Below are positions 35,239 to 44,132 of a stretch of 58,092 bases of DNA, piece by piece. The notes beneath the pieces are model-generated. The model saw only the letters and a list, made by a program, of their open reading frames with translations. It had not been told where the DNA came from and did not search any database. Numbering within the stretch: position 1 is the stretch's first letter; every line of letters starts with the position of its first letter. The stretch is taken from NCBI GenBank assembly GCA_030620975.1, contig JAUXIO010000001.1, positions 1-58,092 of the forward strand, read 5' to 3'. A program made the position numbers and the translations under genes. The stretch comes from Dehalococcoidia bacterium (GTDB taxonomy: Bacteria; Chloroflexota; Dehalococcoidia; GIF9; JAUXIO01).

Positions 35239-36849
35239 ATGGCAAAACAGGTTCTTCAGGGTGAAGAGGCGAGGCGAGCGCTGAAGTTGGGTATAGATAC
35301 CCTGGCGGATGCAGTTAAAGTGACTTTGGGCCCCCGTGGGCGCCCGGTGGCATTGGATAGGAAGTTTGGTGCGCCCACGGTGCTTAACGATGGCGTTTCC
35401 GTCGCCAAGGAAATTGAGTTACCCGATCCCTTTGAGAACATGGGGGCGCAATTGGTAAAGGAAGCGGCAACTAAGACCAATGATAAATGCGGTGATGGTA
35501 CTACTACGGCTACTGTATTAGCTCAGGCCATTGTTGCTGGGGGTTTCAAGAATATTGCCGCCGGGGCTGACCCTATGGGTTTGAAGCGGGGGATTGAGAA
35601 GGGGGTGGAGGCAGTGGTTGAGGAGCTAAAGAAGAAGTCTATCCCGGTAACGGGCAAGGAGCAAGTGGCTCAAGTGGCGACTATCTCGGCTGCTGACCCA
35701 GAAATAGGCAAGCTCATTGCCGAGGTTATGGAAAAAGTGGGTAAGGATGGGGTAATTACGGTTGAGGAATCCAAGGGCTTAAAGTATGAAACTGAGTATG
35801 TTGAAGGGATGGAATTTGATCGGGGCTATATTAGTCCCTATTTCATTACCAATCCCGAAGTCATGAAGACCGAGCTTGAAGAGCCCTATGTTCTGATTAC
35901 CGACAAGAAGATTTCGGCGATAAGTGATATTTTACCCGGTTTGGAGAAGTTCCTTCAGGTTTCCAAGAACTTGGTCATTATAGCTGAGGACGTGGAAGGC
36001 GAAGCCTTAGCTACCTTGGTGGTTAATAAGCTGAGGGGTACGCTGAATTGTCTGGCAGTAAAGGCGCCTGGTTTTGGAGACAGGCGTAAGGCAATGCTGG
36101 AAGATATAGCTACCCTTACTGGTGGGAAAGTCATCTCTGAGGAGGTGGGCAGGAAACTGGACTCGGTGACGGTAGCTGACCTTGGTCGAGCCCGCAGAGT
36201 AGTTGCGGATAAAGATAACACCACCATTATTGAAGGAAAGGGTGCAACCGAAGCTATTCAAGCTCGAATCAAGCAAATTAAAGCCCAGATAGATGAGACC
36301 ACATCCGATTATGACAAAGAAAAGCTTCAGGAAAGGCTGGCAAAATTAGCTGGTGGCGTGGCAGTAATCAAGGTGGGTGCGGCTACCGAAACTGAGCTTA
36401 AGGAGAAAAAGCATCGGGTTGAGGATGCCTTGTCAGCAACTCGGGCTGGAGTGGAAGAGGGCATTCTACCTGGTGGCGGGGTTGCGTTCATAGATGCACT
36501 CCCGGTGCTGGATAAACTTGAGCTCGAAGGGGATGAGGCTGTCGGTGTTGACATACTTAAGCGGGCCTTAGAGGAGCCGCTTCGCTGGATTGTTATTAAT
36601 GCCGGTAAGGAGGGTTCAGTGGTGCTGGATGCGGTGAAGAAGAGCCCTGTGGGAACTGGCTATGATGCGGCGAAGGATGAATTTGGTGACATGGTAAAGA
36701 AGGGCATTATTGATCCGCTTAAAGTGACCAGAACCGGTTTGGAGAATGGGTCCAGCATCGCCAGCATGATTTTGACTACCGAATTGCTGGTGACTGATAT
36801 CCCGGAGAAGGAAAAGCCGATGCCGTCAGGCATGCCACCTGAGTATTGA
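35239..36849 (+). CDS. groEL: chaperonin GroEL
   Basis: [26 protein letters not shown]. 536 aa. Confidence 0.95.
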   Translation: MAKQVLQGEEARRALKLGIDTLADAVKVTLGPRGRPVALDRKFGAPTVLNDGVSVAKEIELPDPFENMGAQLVKEAATKTNDKCGDGTTTATVLAQAIVAGGFKNIAAGADPMGLKRGIEKGVEAVVEELKKKSIPVTGKEQVAQVATISAADPEIGKLIAEVMEKVGKDGVITVEESKGLKYETEYVEGMEFDRGYISPYFITNPEVMKTELEEPYVLITDKKISAISDILPGLEKFLQVSKNLVIIAEDVEGEALATLVVNKLRGTLNCLAVKAPGFGDRRKAMLEDIATLTGGKVISEEVGRKLDSVTVADLGRARRVVADKDNTTIIEGKGATEAIQARIKQIKAQIDETTSDYDKEKLQERLAKLAGGVAVIKVGAATETELKEKKHRVEDALSATRAGVEEGILPGGGVAFIDALPVLDKLELEGDEAVGVDILKRALEEPLRWIVINAGKEGSVVLDAVKKSPVGTGYDAAKDEFGDMVKKGIIDPLKVTRTGLENGSSIASMILTTELLVTDIPEKEKPMPSGMPPEY

Positions 36850-36870
36850 AAAGATGTAAGGTGTAGAGGA

Positions 36871-36900
36871 AGAGCCGCCCCATGTGGCGGCTCTTTTTTT
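36871..36900 (+). terminator. intrinsic terminator after groEL
   Basis: Perfect 9-bp stem agagccgcc / ggcggctct, 6-nt loop, then a T-run. Confidence 0.8.
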
Positions 36901-36902
36901 GC

Positions 36903-38186
36903 TTAAAGTTCAAGCAGTTCTATTAGAGATTCTTCTGTTTTAATAGGTCCAACGATAGCTAGATTGAGCTTTTGGCTGATTAGGAGTTGCTGAGCGACCC
37001 GCTTCAAGTCATCAACGCTGATGGCATCGACTATGGATATAACATCCTCTACAGTGAGGATGCGCTGGCAGAGTAGCTCTTGAGCTCCCAGCCACCCACT
37101 AACAGCCCGGCTATCCTCCATGCGTAACAGCAATCTCCCTTTGGATAGCTGTTTAGCTTTGGTGAGTTCATTTTCTGAGATCTCTTCTTTGACTTGGGAA
37201 AGTTCCCGAAGAATGGCTGTTACCGCAACTCTAACTTTTCGGGGGTCGACTCCAGCATAGATAGTAAATGAACCGGTATTGAGAAAGTGCTCGACGTAGC
37301 TGTGAATGCTGTAGGCCAGGCCTTGATGTTCCCGAATCTCGGTAAAAAGTCGGCTGCTCATTCCCTCTCCCAATAGCGTGCTGAGTAAATCAAGGGCAAA
37401 ACGGTCGGGATGAAAGAGCGACAGACCGTGTACGGCAAGGCAGAGGTGGGCTTGTTCAGTATCCCTGGGTTCTATATGTAGCTTGGGTGCGGTTTGATTA
37501 TCGTCAGTGGGATAGCCGCTTTGCACTTCATTACCAATCCAATCGGCAAAGACTTGTGTAACCAGGTTAACTGCCCGTTGATGACGGATATTACCGGCGA
37601 TGCTAATCACGGCTTTGCTGGGTGAATAGCGTCGGGCAATATAACTGAGCATTTGCTCACGAGTTAGATTAGTTACCGTTTCTTTGCTTCCGGCGACGTC
37701 GCGTCCCAGAGGTTGCCCAGGCCAGAGAAGCTCATCACTGAGCATCCCTAGTCGGTGTTGTGGAGAATCAAGGCTCATATTAATTTCCTCAATAACTACC
37801 TGGCGCTCTTTTTGTATATCTTCGCTATCAAATCGAGAATTAAGTAGTAAGTCGGTAAGCACATCTAAAGTTAAGGGGAAGTGAGGGCTGGCTGTCTTAC
37901 ACCAGAAAATAGTTAACTCCCTATCTGTGCCCGCGTTAATTATGCCGCCGACCCCTTCAATGGCCGCGCTAATTTCTCTGGCGGTTGGCCGCCGTTTTGT
38001 TCCCTTGAAGCAGAGATGTTCAATAAAATGGGAAATGCCAGCTTCGTTTTCAGCTTCGTAAGCTGAGCCAGTGCCAATAAAAATGGCGGTACACACGGAG
38101 TGGGTATGGGGCATGAAACTGGTAACAACGCGCAACCCATTTTTTAGAACAGTTTTACGATACATTGTGTGACGAATTCTACTCAA
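36903..38186 (-). CDS. M16 (pitrilysin/insulinase) family zinc peptidase
   Basis: Inverted zinc motif HFIEHLCFKGT. About 427 aa, two-domain length. Confidence 0.85.
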   Translation of the reverse strand: MSRIRHTMYRKTVLKNGLRVVTSFMPHTHSVCTAIFIGTGSAYEAENEAGISHFIEHLCFKGTKRRPTAREISAAIEGVGGIINAGTDRELTIFWCKTASPHFPLTLDVLTDLLLNSRFDSEDIQKERQVVIEEINMSLDSPQHRLGMLSDELLWPGQPLGRDVAGSKETVTNLTREQMLSYIARRYSPSKAVISIAGNIRHQRAVNLVTQVFADWIGNEVQSGYPTDDNQTAPKLHIEPRDTEQAHLCLAVHGLSLFHPDRFALDLLSTLLGEGMSSRLFTEIREHQGLAYSIHSYVEHFLNTGSFTIYAGVDPRKVRVAVTAILRELSQVKEEISENELTKAKQLSKGRLLLRMEDSRAVSGWLGAQELLCQRILTVEDVISIVDAISVDDLKRVAQQLLISQKLNLAIVGPIKTEESLIELLEL

Positions 38187-38252
38187 GTCTAGTACTTTCT
38201 GCCAATATGAACTTCGCTTGACTTAGGTGAAAGGGCAAGATAACATTGCTAT

Positions 38253-39593
38253 TTGAGGTTAGAATTGTTAACCAGAGAAACTTCCTCTAAGCTTAACCTA
38301 TTTCCATTAACCGCGCAAGTGGATGAGCATGGGCATCTCCATATTGGTGGCTGCGATGTGGTTGAGTTGGTCAAAGAATATGGTAGCCCACTTTATCTTT
38401 TTGATGAATTTACCCTTCGTCATAAGTGCCGTGAATTTAAAGCTGAATTTACCAAACGGTATTCAAATACGCTGGTCATCTATGCTGCCAAGGCTTTTCT
38501 TAATCGAGCTTTAGCGCTTATTTTCAAAGAGGAAGGCTTGGGTCTTGATGTCGTTTCTGGGGGGGAACTGTCTATTGCTCGATCCGCGGCTTTTCCTTTG
38601 GGCAAGGTCTATTTTCATGGCAACAATAAGACGGTTGATGAACTGAAGCTAGCTTTAGATTGGGGCGTTGGTCGGATTGTGGTGGATAATTTTTATGAGC
38701 TTGAGTTAGTTAACAGGCTGGCCATGGAAAGGAATATTAATCAGGATATTTTGCTCCGCATCACTCCCGGGGTTGATGCCCATACTCATCGGTATACTAC
38801 CACTGGAATCATTGATAGTAAGTTTGGTTTTCCGTTGACTACAGGGCAGGCCGAGACTGCTTTAATTCAGGCGATGTCAGCTGCTAATCTTAATCTCTTG
38901 GGCCTTCACTTTCATCTTGGCTCCCCCGTGTCGGATATATTGCCATATCAGGTAGCTATAGACCTCGTTCTTCGCTTCGCCGCTGAAGTCAAAGCAAAGT
39001 ATGGCTTTCAGCTTGCTGAGTTTTCTCCCGGCGGTGGCTTTGCCGTCCAGTATATTCTGGATTCCCCAGTGCCCGCTGCGGCTGAGTACGCCGAGGCTAT
39101 AGTGTCCAAGCTAACTGGTCTCAGTGGGGAGGTGGGGTTGACGCCTCCCTGCCTGATCATTGAGCCGGGGAGGGGTATCGTTGGGCAAGCTGGGGTGGCA
39201 TTATATACGGTGGGAGCGGTGAAGGATATACCTCAAATACGGAAATATATTTGTGTTGATGGTGGCATAGGTGATAATGTTCGCGCAGCCTTTTATGGTG
39301 CGAAATATGAGGCTTTAGTAGCTAATAAAGCTCTACAGGCAGAGACTGAAAGGGTTACCATTGCCGGCAAGTTTTGTGAGTCCGGTGATATTTTGGCTCG
39401 AGATATTAAGCTGGCTTCGGTTTTACCCGGTGACATTATTGCCATTCCTGTTTGTGGCGCTTACTGCATTCCCATGTCGAGTAATTATAATGCTTCGCTA
39501 AGGCCGACTATTCTGATGGCTAACCAAAGTAAGGCGCGTCTTATTCGGCGCCGGGAAAGCTATGAGGATTTAACCAGATTAGACCTAGTTTAA
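38253..39593 (+). CDS. lysA: diaminopimelate decarboxylase
   Basis: YGSPLYLFDE, the PLP-Lys region YAAKAF, EPGRGIVG, and CESGD. The listed start is TTG, and the true start is uncertain. Confidence 0.9.
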   Translation: MRLELLTRETSSKLNLFPLTAQVDEHGHLHIGGCDVVELVKEYGSPLYLFDEFTLRHKCREFKAEFTKRYSNTLVIYAAKAFLNRALALIFKEEGLGLDVVSGGELSIARSAAFPLGKVYFHGNNKTVDELKLALDWGVGRIVVDNFYELELVNRLAMERNINQDILLRITPGVDAHTHRYTTTGIIDSKFGFPLTTGQAETALIQAMSAANLNLLGLHFHLGSPVSDILPYQVAIDLVLRFAAEVKAKYGFQLAEFSPGGGFAVQYILDSPVPAAAEYAEAIVSKLTGLSGEVGLTPPCLIIEPGRGIVGQAGVALYTVGAVKDIPQIRKYICVDGGIGDNVRAAFYGAKYEALVANKALQAETERVTIAGKFCESGDILARDIKLASVLPGDIIAIPVCGAYCIPMSSNYNASLRPTILMANQSKARLIRRRESYEDLTRLDLV

Positions 39594-39601
39594 GGCGCGA
39601 A

Positions 39602-40696
39602 ATGTGGCAGGTAATTGGGCAACCACAAACTATAGCTTTGTTGGAGCATAGCTTAAGTGCTGGGAGCTTAGCTCACGCTTATCTTTTTCTTGGTCCACCT
39701 CATGTGGGTAAAGGCACCTTAGCTCTCAATCTGGCTCAAGCATTGAACTGCGAAGGCGATGAGCCTCCCTGCGGTCAATGCCAGTCTTGCCGCAGAATTG
39801 CTGAGGGCAAATATGCTGATGTCAGAGTTATAGCTTTGAATTCATCCGGAGATTCTGACAGCGTGAAACAGCAAAAACAAATTGGCATTAATGACATTAA
39901 GGAGATTCAGCATATTGCCAGTTTGCCGCCTTATGAAGGTAAGTATAAGGTATTTATTATTGATGGTGCTGAATATTTATCAAGTGAGGCTGCCAACTGC
40001 TTGCTCAAGCTTCTTGAGGAGCCACCGCCTAGGGTAGTGCTGCTGCTGTTGGCAGTTGAGGAGGGGCGTCTTTTAGCTACGATTATTTCTCGGTGTCAGC
40101 GCATAGAATTGAAGCCAATTTCCGTCAAGGAGGTGGAAAAGATACTTGTTGATTCTCACGGCGTTGACTGTGAGAAGGCTCGACTTATAGCTAGACTTTC
40201 TGAAGGCTGCCTTGGCTGGGCGCTAAATGTTTTGATTGAGGACAATTTACTTTCTCGGCGGATTCAAAGGATAGATAAATTAGTTTCACTGCTTTCTGCT
40301 GGCTGGGAGGAGCGTCTCGCCTACGCTGCTGAGTTGGCAGGCCAGTTTGATAGAAGTCGTAAATCTGCGGATGAAATGATTAGGCTTTGGTTTGTGTGGT
40401 GGCGTGACTTGCTGCTGGCCAAAAGTGGTTGCGAAAATGCTATTATAAATATTGATTATGAGTTGACTCTTCGGGAGGGGGCGAGAGGGTTTAGCCTAGT
40501 TCAGATTAAGGATGTGCTTGGTAATTTGCAAAGAGCAAGAGAACAAATCTCTAAGAATGTCAATCCTCGTTTGGTGTTTGAGGTATTAATGCTTAGTTTG
40601 CCCGGAAAGGGGGAAGGTTGCGGGGTGACAGGAGGATTATCCATACCCCGTTCATCTCAATATATTGATGTCCAAGATAATCGGTGTGCGTTTTAA
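39602..40696 (+). CDS. holB: DNA polymerase III delta' subunit
   Basis: HAYLFLGPPHVGKGTLA, a CGQCQSC zinc module, and SRCQRIEL. Confidence 0.85.
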   Translation: MWQVIGQPQTIALLEHSLSAGSLAHAYLFLGPPHVGKGTLALNLAQALNCEGDEPPCGQCQSCRRIAEGKYADVRVIALNSSGDSDSVKQQKQIGINDIKEIQHIASLPPYEGKYKVFIIDGAEYLSSEAANCLLKLLEEPPPRVVLLLLAVEEGRLLATIISRCQRIELKPISVKEVEKILVDSHGVDCEKARLIARLSEGCLGWALNVLIEDNLLSRRIQRIDKLVSLLSAGWEERLAYAAELAGQFDRSRKSADEMIRLWFVWWRDLLLAKSGCENAIINIDYELTLREGARGFSLVQIKDVLGNLQRAREQISKNVNPRLVFEVLMLSLPGKGEGCGVTGGLSIPRSSQYIDVQDNRCAF

Positions 40697-41480
40697 ACAA
40701 GCTGGCAAGCTACATTATTTTGATGCTGCAGATATTCCCTTAAAAGTAAATGACTATGTAGTAGTAGAAACTGCCAATGGGCTAGAATTGGGTAAAGCTG
40801 CTATCTCCTCCGATAGCAAAGCCAGTGGCATTACTGAATCTTTAAGGCCCGTGTTACGCAAAGCAGAGCCTGAGGATATAGGGCAAGCTCGGCGGTGGGC
40901 TGGTAGGGAGAAGAATGCTTTAGTCAAGTGTGAGGAGTTGGCAACTGAGCTTAACCTGGCAATGAAGCCCCTCTGTGCCAGTTACAATCTTGATGGCAGC
41001 CAGCTTAATTTACTTTTTAGCGCTGAGGAGAGAATTGACTTCCGAGAGCTCATTCGCAGATTGTCTCGTAGCCTTAGAACCCGTGTTAAATTGAGACAGG
41101 TGGGACCAAGGGATGAGGCTAAACTAGTGGGGGGGATAGGTAAGTGCGGGCGCCCTTTGTGCTGTATGACCTTTCTCAGTGAGTTTACTCCCGTTTCTAT
41201 TAGGATGGCTAAAGAACAAGCGCTAACTTTAAACCCGATGAAAATTTCTGGTATCTGCGGTCGCCTTCTCTGTTGCCTTGGATATGAAAGTGACCTATAC
41301 CACGCTATGAAGGGGGAGTTACCTAAGACGGGTCAGAGGGTATCGACACCCCGGGGTGAGGCTAAGGTAGTTGGCAGCAATCCATTGAAAGAAGCGGTGC
41401 TGGTGAGACTGGAAAGCGGAGCTACTGTGGAGTTGTCCTTGAGACAGGTAACTTGGCAGAAGAAACCAGAGAAGCAGTAG
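40668..41480 (+). CDS. ricT: PSP1 domain protein (YaaT/RicT-like)
   Basis: IIGVRFKQAGKLHYFD start and a Cys-rich GKCGRPLCCMTFL...CGRLLCCLGYE region. It follows holB, the conserved holB-yaaT arrangement. Confidence 0.8.
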   Translation: MSKIIGVRFKQAGKLHYFDAADIPLKVNDYVVVETANGLELGKAAISSDSKASGITESLRPVLRKAEPEDIGQARRWAGREKNALVKCEELATELNLAMKPLCASYNLDGSQLNLLFSAEERIDFRELIRRLSRSLRTRVKLRQVGPRDEAKLVGGIGKCGRPLCCMTFLSEFTPVSIRMAKEQALTLNPMKISGICGRLLCCLGYESDLYHAMKGELPKTGQRVSTPRGEAKVVGSNPLKEAVLVRLESGATVELSLRQVTWQKKPEKQ

Positions 41481-41492
41481 AGGGGGGGGTAA

Positions 41493-42056
41493 TTACTGAG
41501 GTAGGTACTTTTGCCATTCCTCATGGAGTTGGAGGTAGTGATGGGGGATATAGAAACCGTTATCTTGCGGTGGCTTTGGTTCGCGGAGAAGAGTCATTTT
41601 GGCTTCGCTGGGAGTATGTCCGGCTTTATGACGATTACAAGATATACATGCGCTGGCAACATTTTCCCAGGTGTGCTTTCCACCTCGCCGTTTCGGAATA
41701 ACATGGTCTAGAGTAAGCTCTTTGGTTTGTTTACTACAATATTGGCAGGTATAGTGGTCGCGATTAAAGACTTCAAATTTGGTCAATTTTGGCTGTCCTC
41801 GGGGCCGCTTGACCATATAAATCAGGTGGACCACTGAGGGGATTAGGAAGGTTTCCCTGACCGAGTGAAGCATGCCCGAATTGTTTTCTAGCGCCTCAGC
41901 TTTGCCGCGAAGAATTAGAACTAGGGCTCGACGTACCAGACAGATATTGAGTGGTTCATAGTTTTGATTAAGCACTAGAACCGGCAGATTTACCAATGGC
42001 TTAATATCCTCCCGCTTAAGATAAGCCATTTTAGCAGAGAGGATTTCAGGTTGCAA
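41493..42056 (-). CDS. HNH endonuclease (McrA-like)
   Basis: CQYCSKQTKELTLDHVIPKRRGGKHTWENVASACISCNRHKAGH is a complete HNH/zinc motif. It starts 7 nt after the dnaC-like stop. Confidence 0.8.
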   Translation of the reverse strand: MQPEILSAKMAYLKREDIKPLVNLPVLVLNQNYEPLNICLVRRALVLILRGKAEALENNSGMLHSVRETFLIPSVVHLIYMVKRPRGQPKLTKFEVFNRDHYTCQYCSKQTKELTLDHVIPKRRGGKHTWENVASACISCNRHKAGHTPSEAKMTLLREPKPPQDNGFYIPHHYLQLHEEWQKYLPQ

Positions 42057-42063
42057 TATTGCC

Positions 42064-43485
42064 CTAGGGGCGGCGACCTCGTTTTAAATACCGCCTTGGT
42101 GCTCTAGTATCCCGGCCTACATTTATATCACCGCGATAATCGGGCACGGTGATGTTGAACACCAGACTGAGGCTGGGATCTACCATTCGTGAGCTGATGC
42201 GAGCCTCAATTTCCTCTAAGGAAAAGCAGGTGGTGATCACCGTTGGTAGCCGAGCATTGTACCTGTAATTGATTAATTGGTAGAGTTTTTCCTGTGCCCA
42301 AGGTGTGGTTGATTGCTCACCGAAGTCGTCGAGGATGAGCAGAGGTGTTTTTTTAACCTGTTCAAAAACTTTATCATAAGATACTTTGCTGTCTGGACTG
42401 AAGGTAGAACGCAGGTAATCAAGGAGGTCGGCAACAACTATAAACAAAGCCGGCTCGCCGACTTGAAGCCGATAGTTGGCAATGGCGCAGGCTAGGTGGG
42501 TTTTGCCACAGCCATTACCTCCCTGGAATACTAGCCAGCCTTGGGGAGATTGAGCGAAGTTTAGAGCAATGTGGAAGGCCTGCTCTAGATTTTGGCGCTG
42601 CTGAGGCAAGAGGTTCAGCCGTTTAGAATCAAAATTCTCAAAAGTCATATTCCGCAGTAGCTCTAATTCTAAACCATCTAGCTGTTTTAGAGCCGATACT
42701 GGACTTTCTTCAATTACATACATCTGGCAGAATTGGGAATCAGCAAGGCGGCTGCGTAAACTCTCCTCTAATCTCTCTAAAGGTACATTAGTGGTAATTA
42801 CTGTGGGCAGCTCAATATTGAAGCGGTGATCTAGCAATTGATCCAATTTCTGTTTTGCCCAAGCGGTGGCATTCTCAGTATTTAGGTCGTCCAGTATTAG
42901 GAGGGCGGCATTGCTTACTTGTTCAAAAAGCTCATCGTAGGCTGTCTGGCTGCTGGGGCTGAAGGTGGAGCGGAGATGGTCTAGCAGGTCGGCAGCCCTT
43001 ATATAGAAAACCGGCTGTGTCGAGCTCAAACGGTAGTTGGCGATAGCACAGACTAGGTGGGTCTTACCACAACCAGTGGGACCCAAAAAGACTAGCCAAT
43101 TTTGAGGGTTACTGGCAAAAATTTTGGCAGCTTCATAGGCGAGGGAAAAATGCTTTTGCGAGGTGGCATTTCCCCATCGTCCTCTGGGTGAAAGATTATC
43201 GAAAGTAAACCGGGATAAGTGACCTAAATTGCTGTAGCGCTCAAGATAGTTAAGCTGCTTTTTTTGTAATTCTTTCGTGGTGCAGGGGCAAGGCCTTACT
43301 CGGCTAAAATCGGGGCGATTTGAAGCTAGAAGGGGGTGAATGAAGCCAGAACCCTTGCAAAGGGGACAGTTGGGGTCGGGAACATCCTCTTCCCCTTGGC
43401 TAGCGTTTGACCAGGTGTCCGTATTTACCCCTGATGTATTTGTTGGGGTCGGTTTCCTTTTTAGAATATCTCCTAGGCTTTCCAT
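42064..43485 (-). CDS. tandem-duplicated DnaC/DnaI-like AAA+ helicase loader with an N-terminal CxxCxGxG zinc finger
   Basis: Two homologous modules each carry Walker A (GPTGCGKTH / GGNGCGKTH) and Walker B (LLILDD). The N-terminus has CPLCKGSGF plus CPC. The ATG at 43485 (SD-like GAGGG) is preferred. The track ORF starts at a TTG at 43527. Confidence 0.75.
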   Translation of the reverse strand: MESLGDILKRKPTPTNTSGVNTDTWSNASQGEEDVPDPNCPLCKGSGFIHPLLASNRPDFSRVRPCPCTTKELQKKQLNYLERYSNLGHLSRFTFDNLSPRGRWGNATSQKHFSLAYEAAKIFASNPQNWLVFLGPTGCGKTHLVCAIANYRLSSTQPVFYIRAADLLDHLRSTFSPSSQTAYDELFEQVSNAALLILDDLNTENATAWAKQKLDQLLDHRFNIELPTVITTNVPLERLEESLRSRLADSQFCQMYVIEESPVSALKQLDGLELELLRNMTFENFDSKRLNLLPQQRQNLEQAFHIALNFAQSPQGWLVFQGGNGCGKTHLACAIANYRLQVGEPALFIVVADLLDYLRSTFSPDSKVSYDKVFEQVKKTPLLILDDFGEQSTTPWAQEKLYQLINYRYNARLPTVITTCFSLEEIEARISSRMVDPSLSLVFNITVPDYRGDINVGRDTRAPRRYLKRGRRP

Positions 43486-44122
43486 CGTCTTTGCCCTCGG
43501 TGGTCCAGCGTTCGAGGATGCGAGCAATGTACCTCCAGTTACGCTTATTTAAGGCTACAGCCTCTCTAAAGGCGCTTTCAATCCACTCTGGTGGGTAGAG
43601 TTTTTCAGCCTCTCGAAGTTCCTCAGCAATCATTGGCGTTAGCATACCTACATTTTGCTCGTAGAGGCTGAAAATATTTGGCGGCTGAGCAATGCTTATG
43701 GGCGTTTCTCTCCTGAGAGTTAGCTCTCCCAGGGAAAGCTCTCCACGTTGGATTTTATCTACAGTTTTCCTTTCCTTTTCAGTGTTGAGGAAATAAATAT
43801 CTTCGGTTTTGCCATCCCTATCTAGAGTTAGATGGAGTATAGTGCCGCGTTCAATCGCCAAATCCAAGGCGTGGCGAATCATTTCTGCTGGGTGCTTCAT
43901 TTCTTCTTTTATTTCGCTCCCCAGGGGGCTAGCTGATATAAGTTCATCTTGGGTGACGAGGCGGGGGTAACCGCGCTTTTGGTAAAGTAGCCAGAAGATA
44001 TGCAGCGTCACCTTGAGTTCGGCAATGTCCTCAATTTTGGGCATAAGTTCGGTCAAAAAAAAGTTGGGCACGGGAGTAAACTCCATTCTTGCCGGGAAAC
44101 CTGAGAAATGCTTCTTTTTCAT
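43400..44122 (-). CDS. DnaD-domain replication/primosome protein
   Basis: IFSLYEQNVGMLTPMIAEELREAEKLYPPEWIESAFREAVALNKRNWRYIARILERW matches the DnaD/DnaB_2 C-terminal domain pattern. Confidence 0.75.
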   Translation of the reverse strand: MKKKHFSGFPARMEFTPVPNFFLTELMPKIEDIAELKVTLHIFWLLYQKRGYPRLVTQDELISASPLGSEIKEEMKHPAEMIRHALDLAIERGTILHLTLDRDGKTEDIYFLNTEKERKTVDKIQRGELSLGELTLRRETPISIAQPPNIFSLYEQNVGMLTPMIAEELREAEKLYPPEWIESAFREAVALNKRNWRYIARILERWTTEGKDDGKPRRYSKKETDPNKYIRGKYGHLVKR

Positions 44123-44132
44123 CTTCTTGGTC

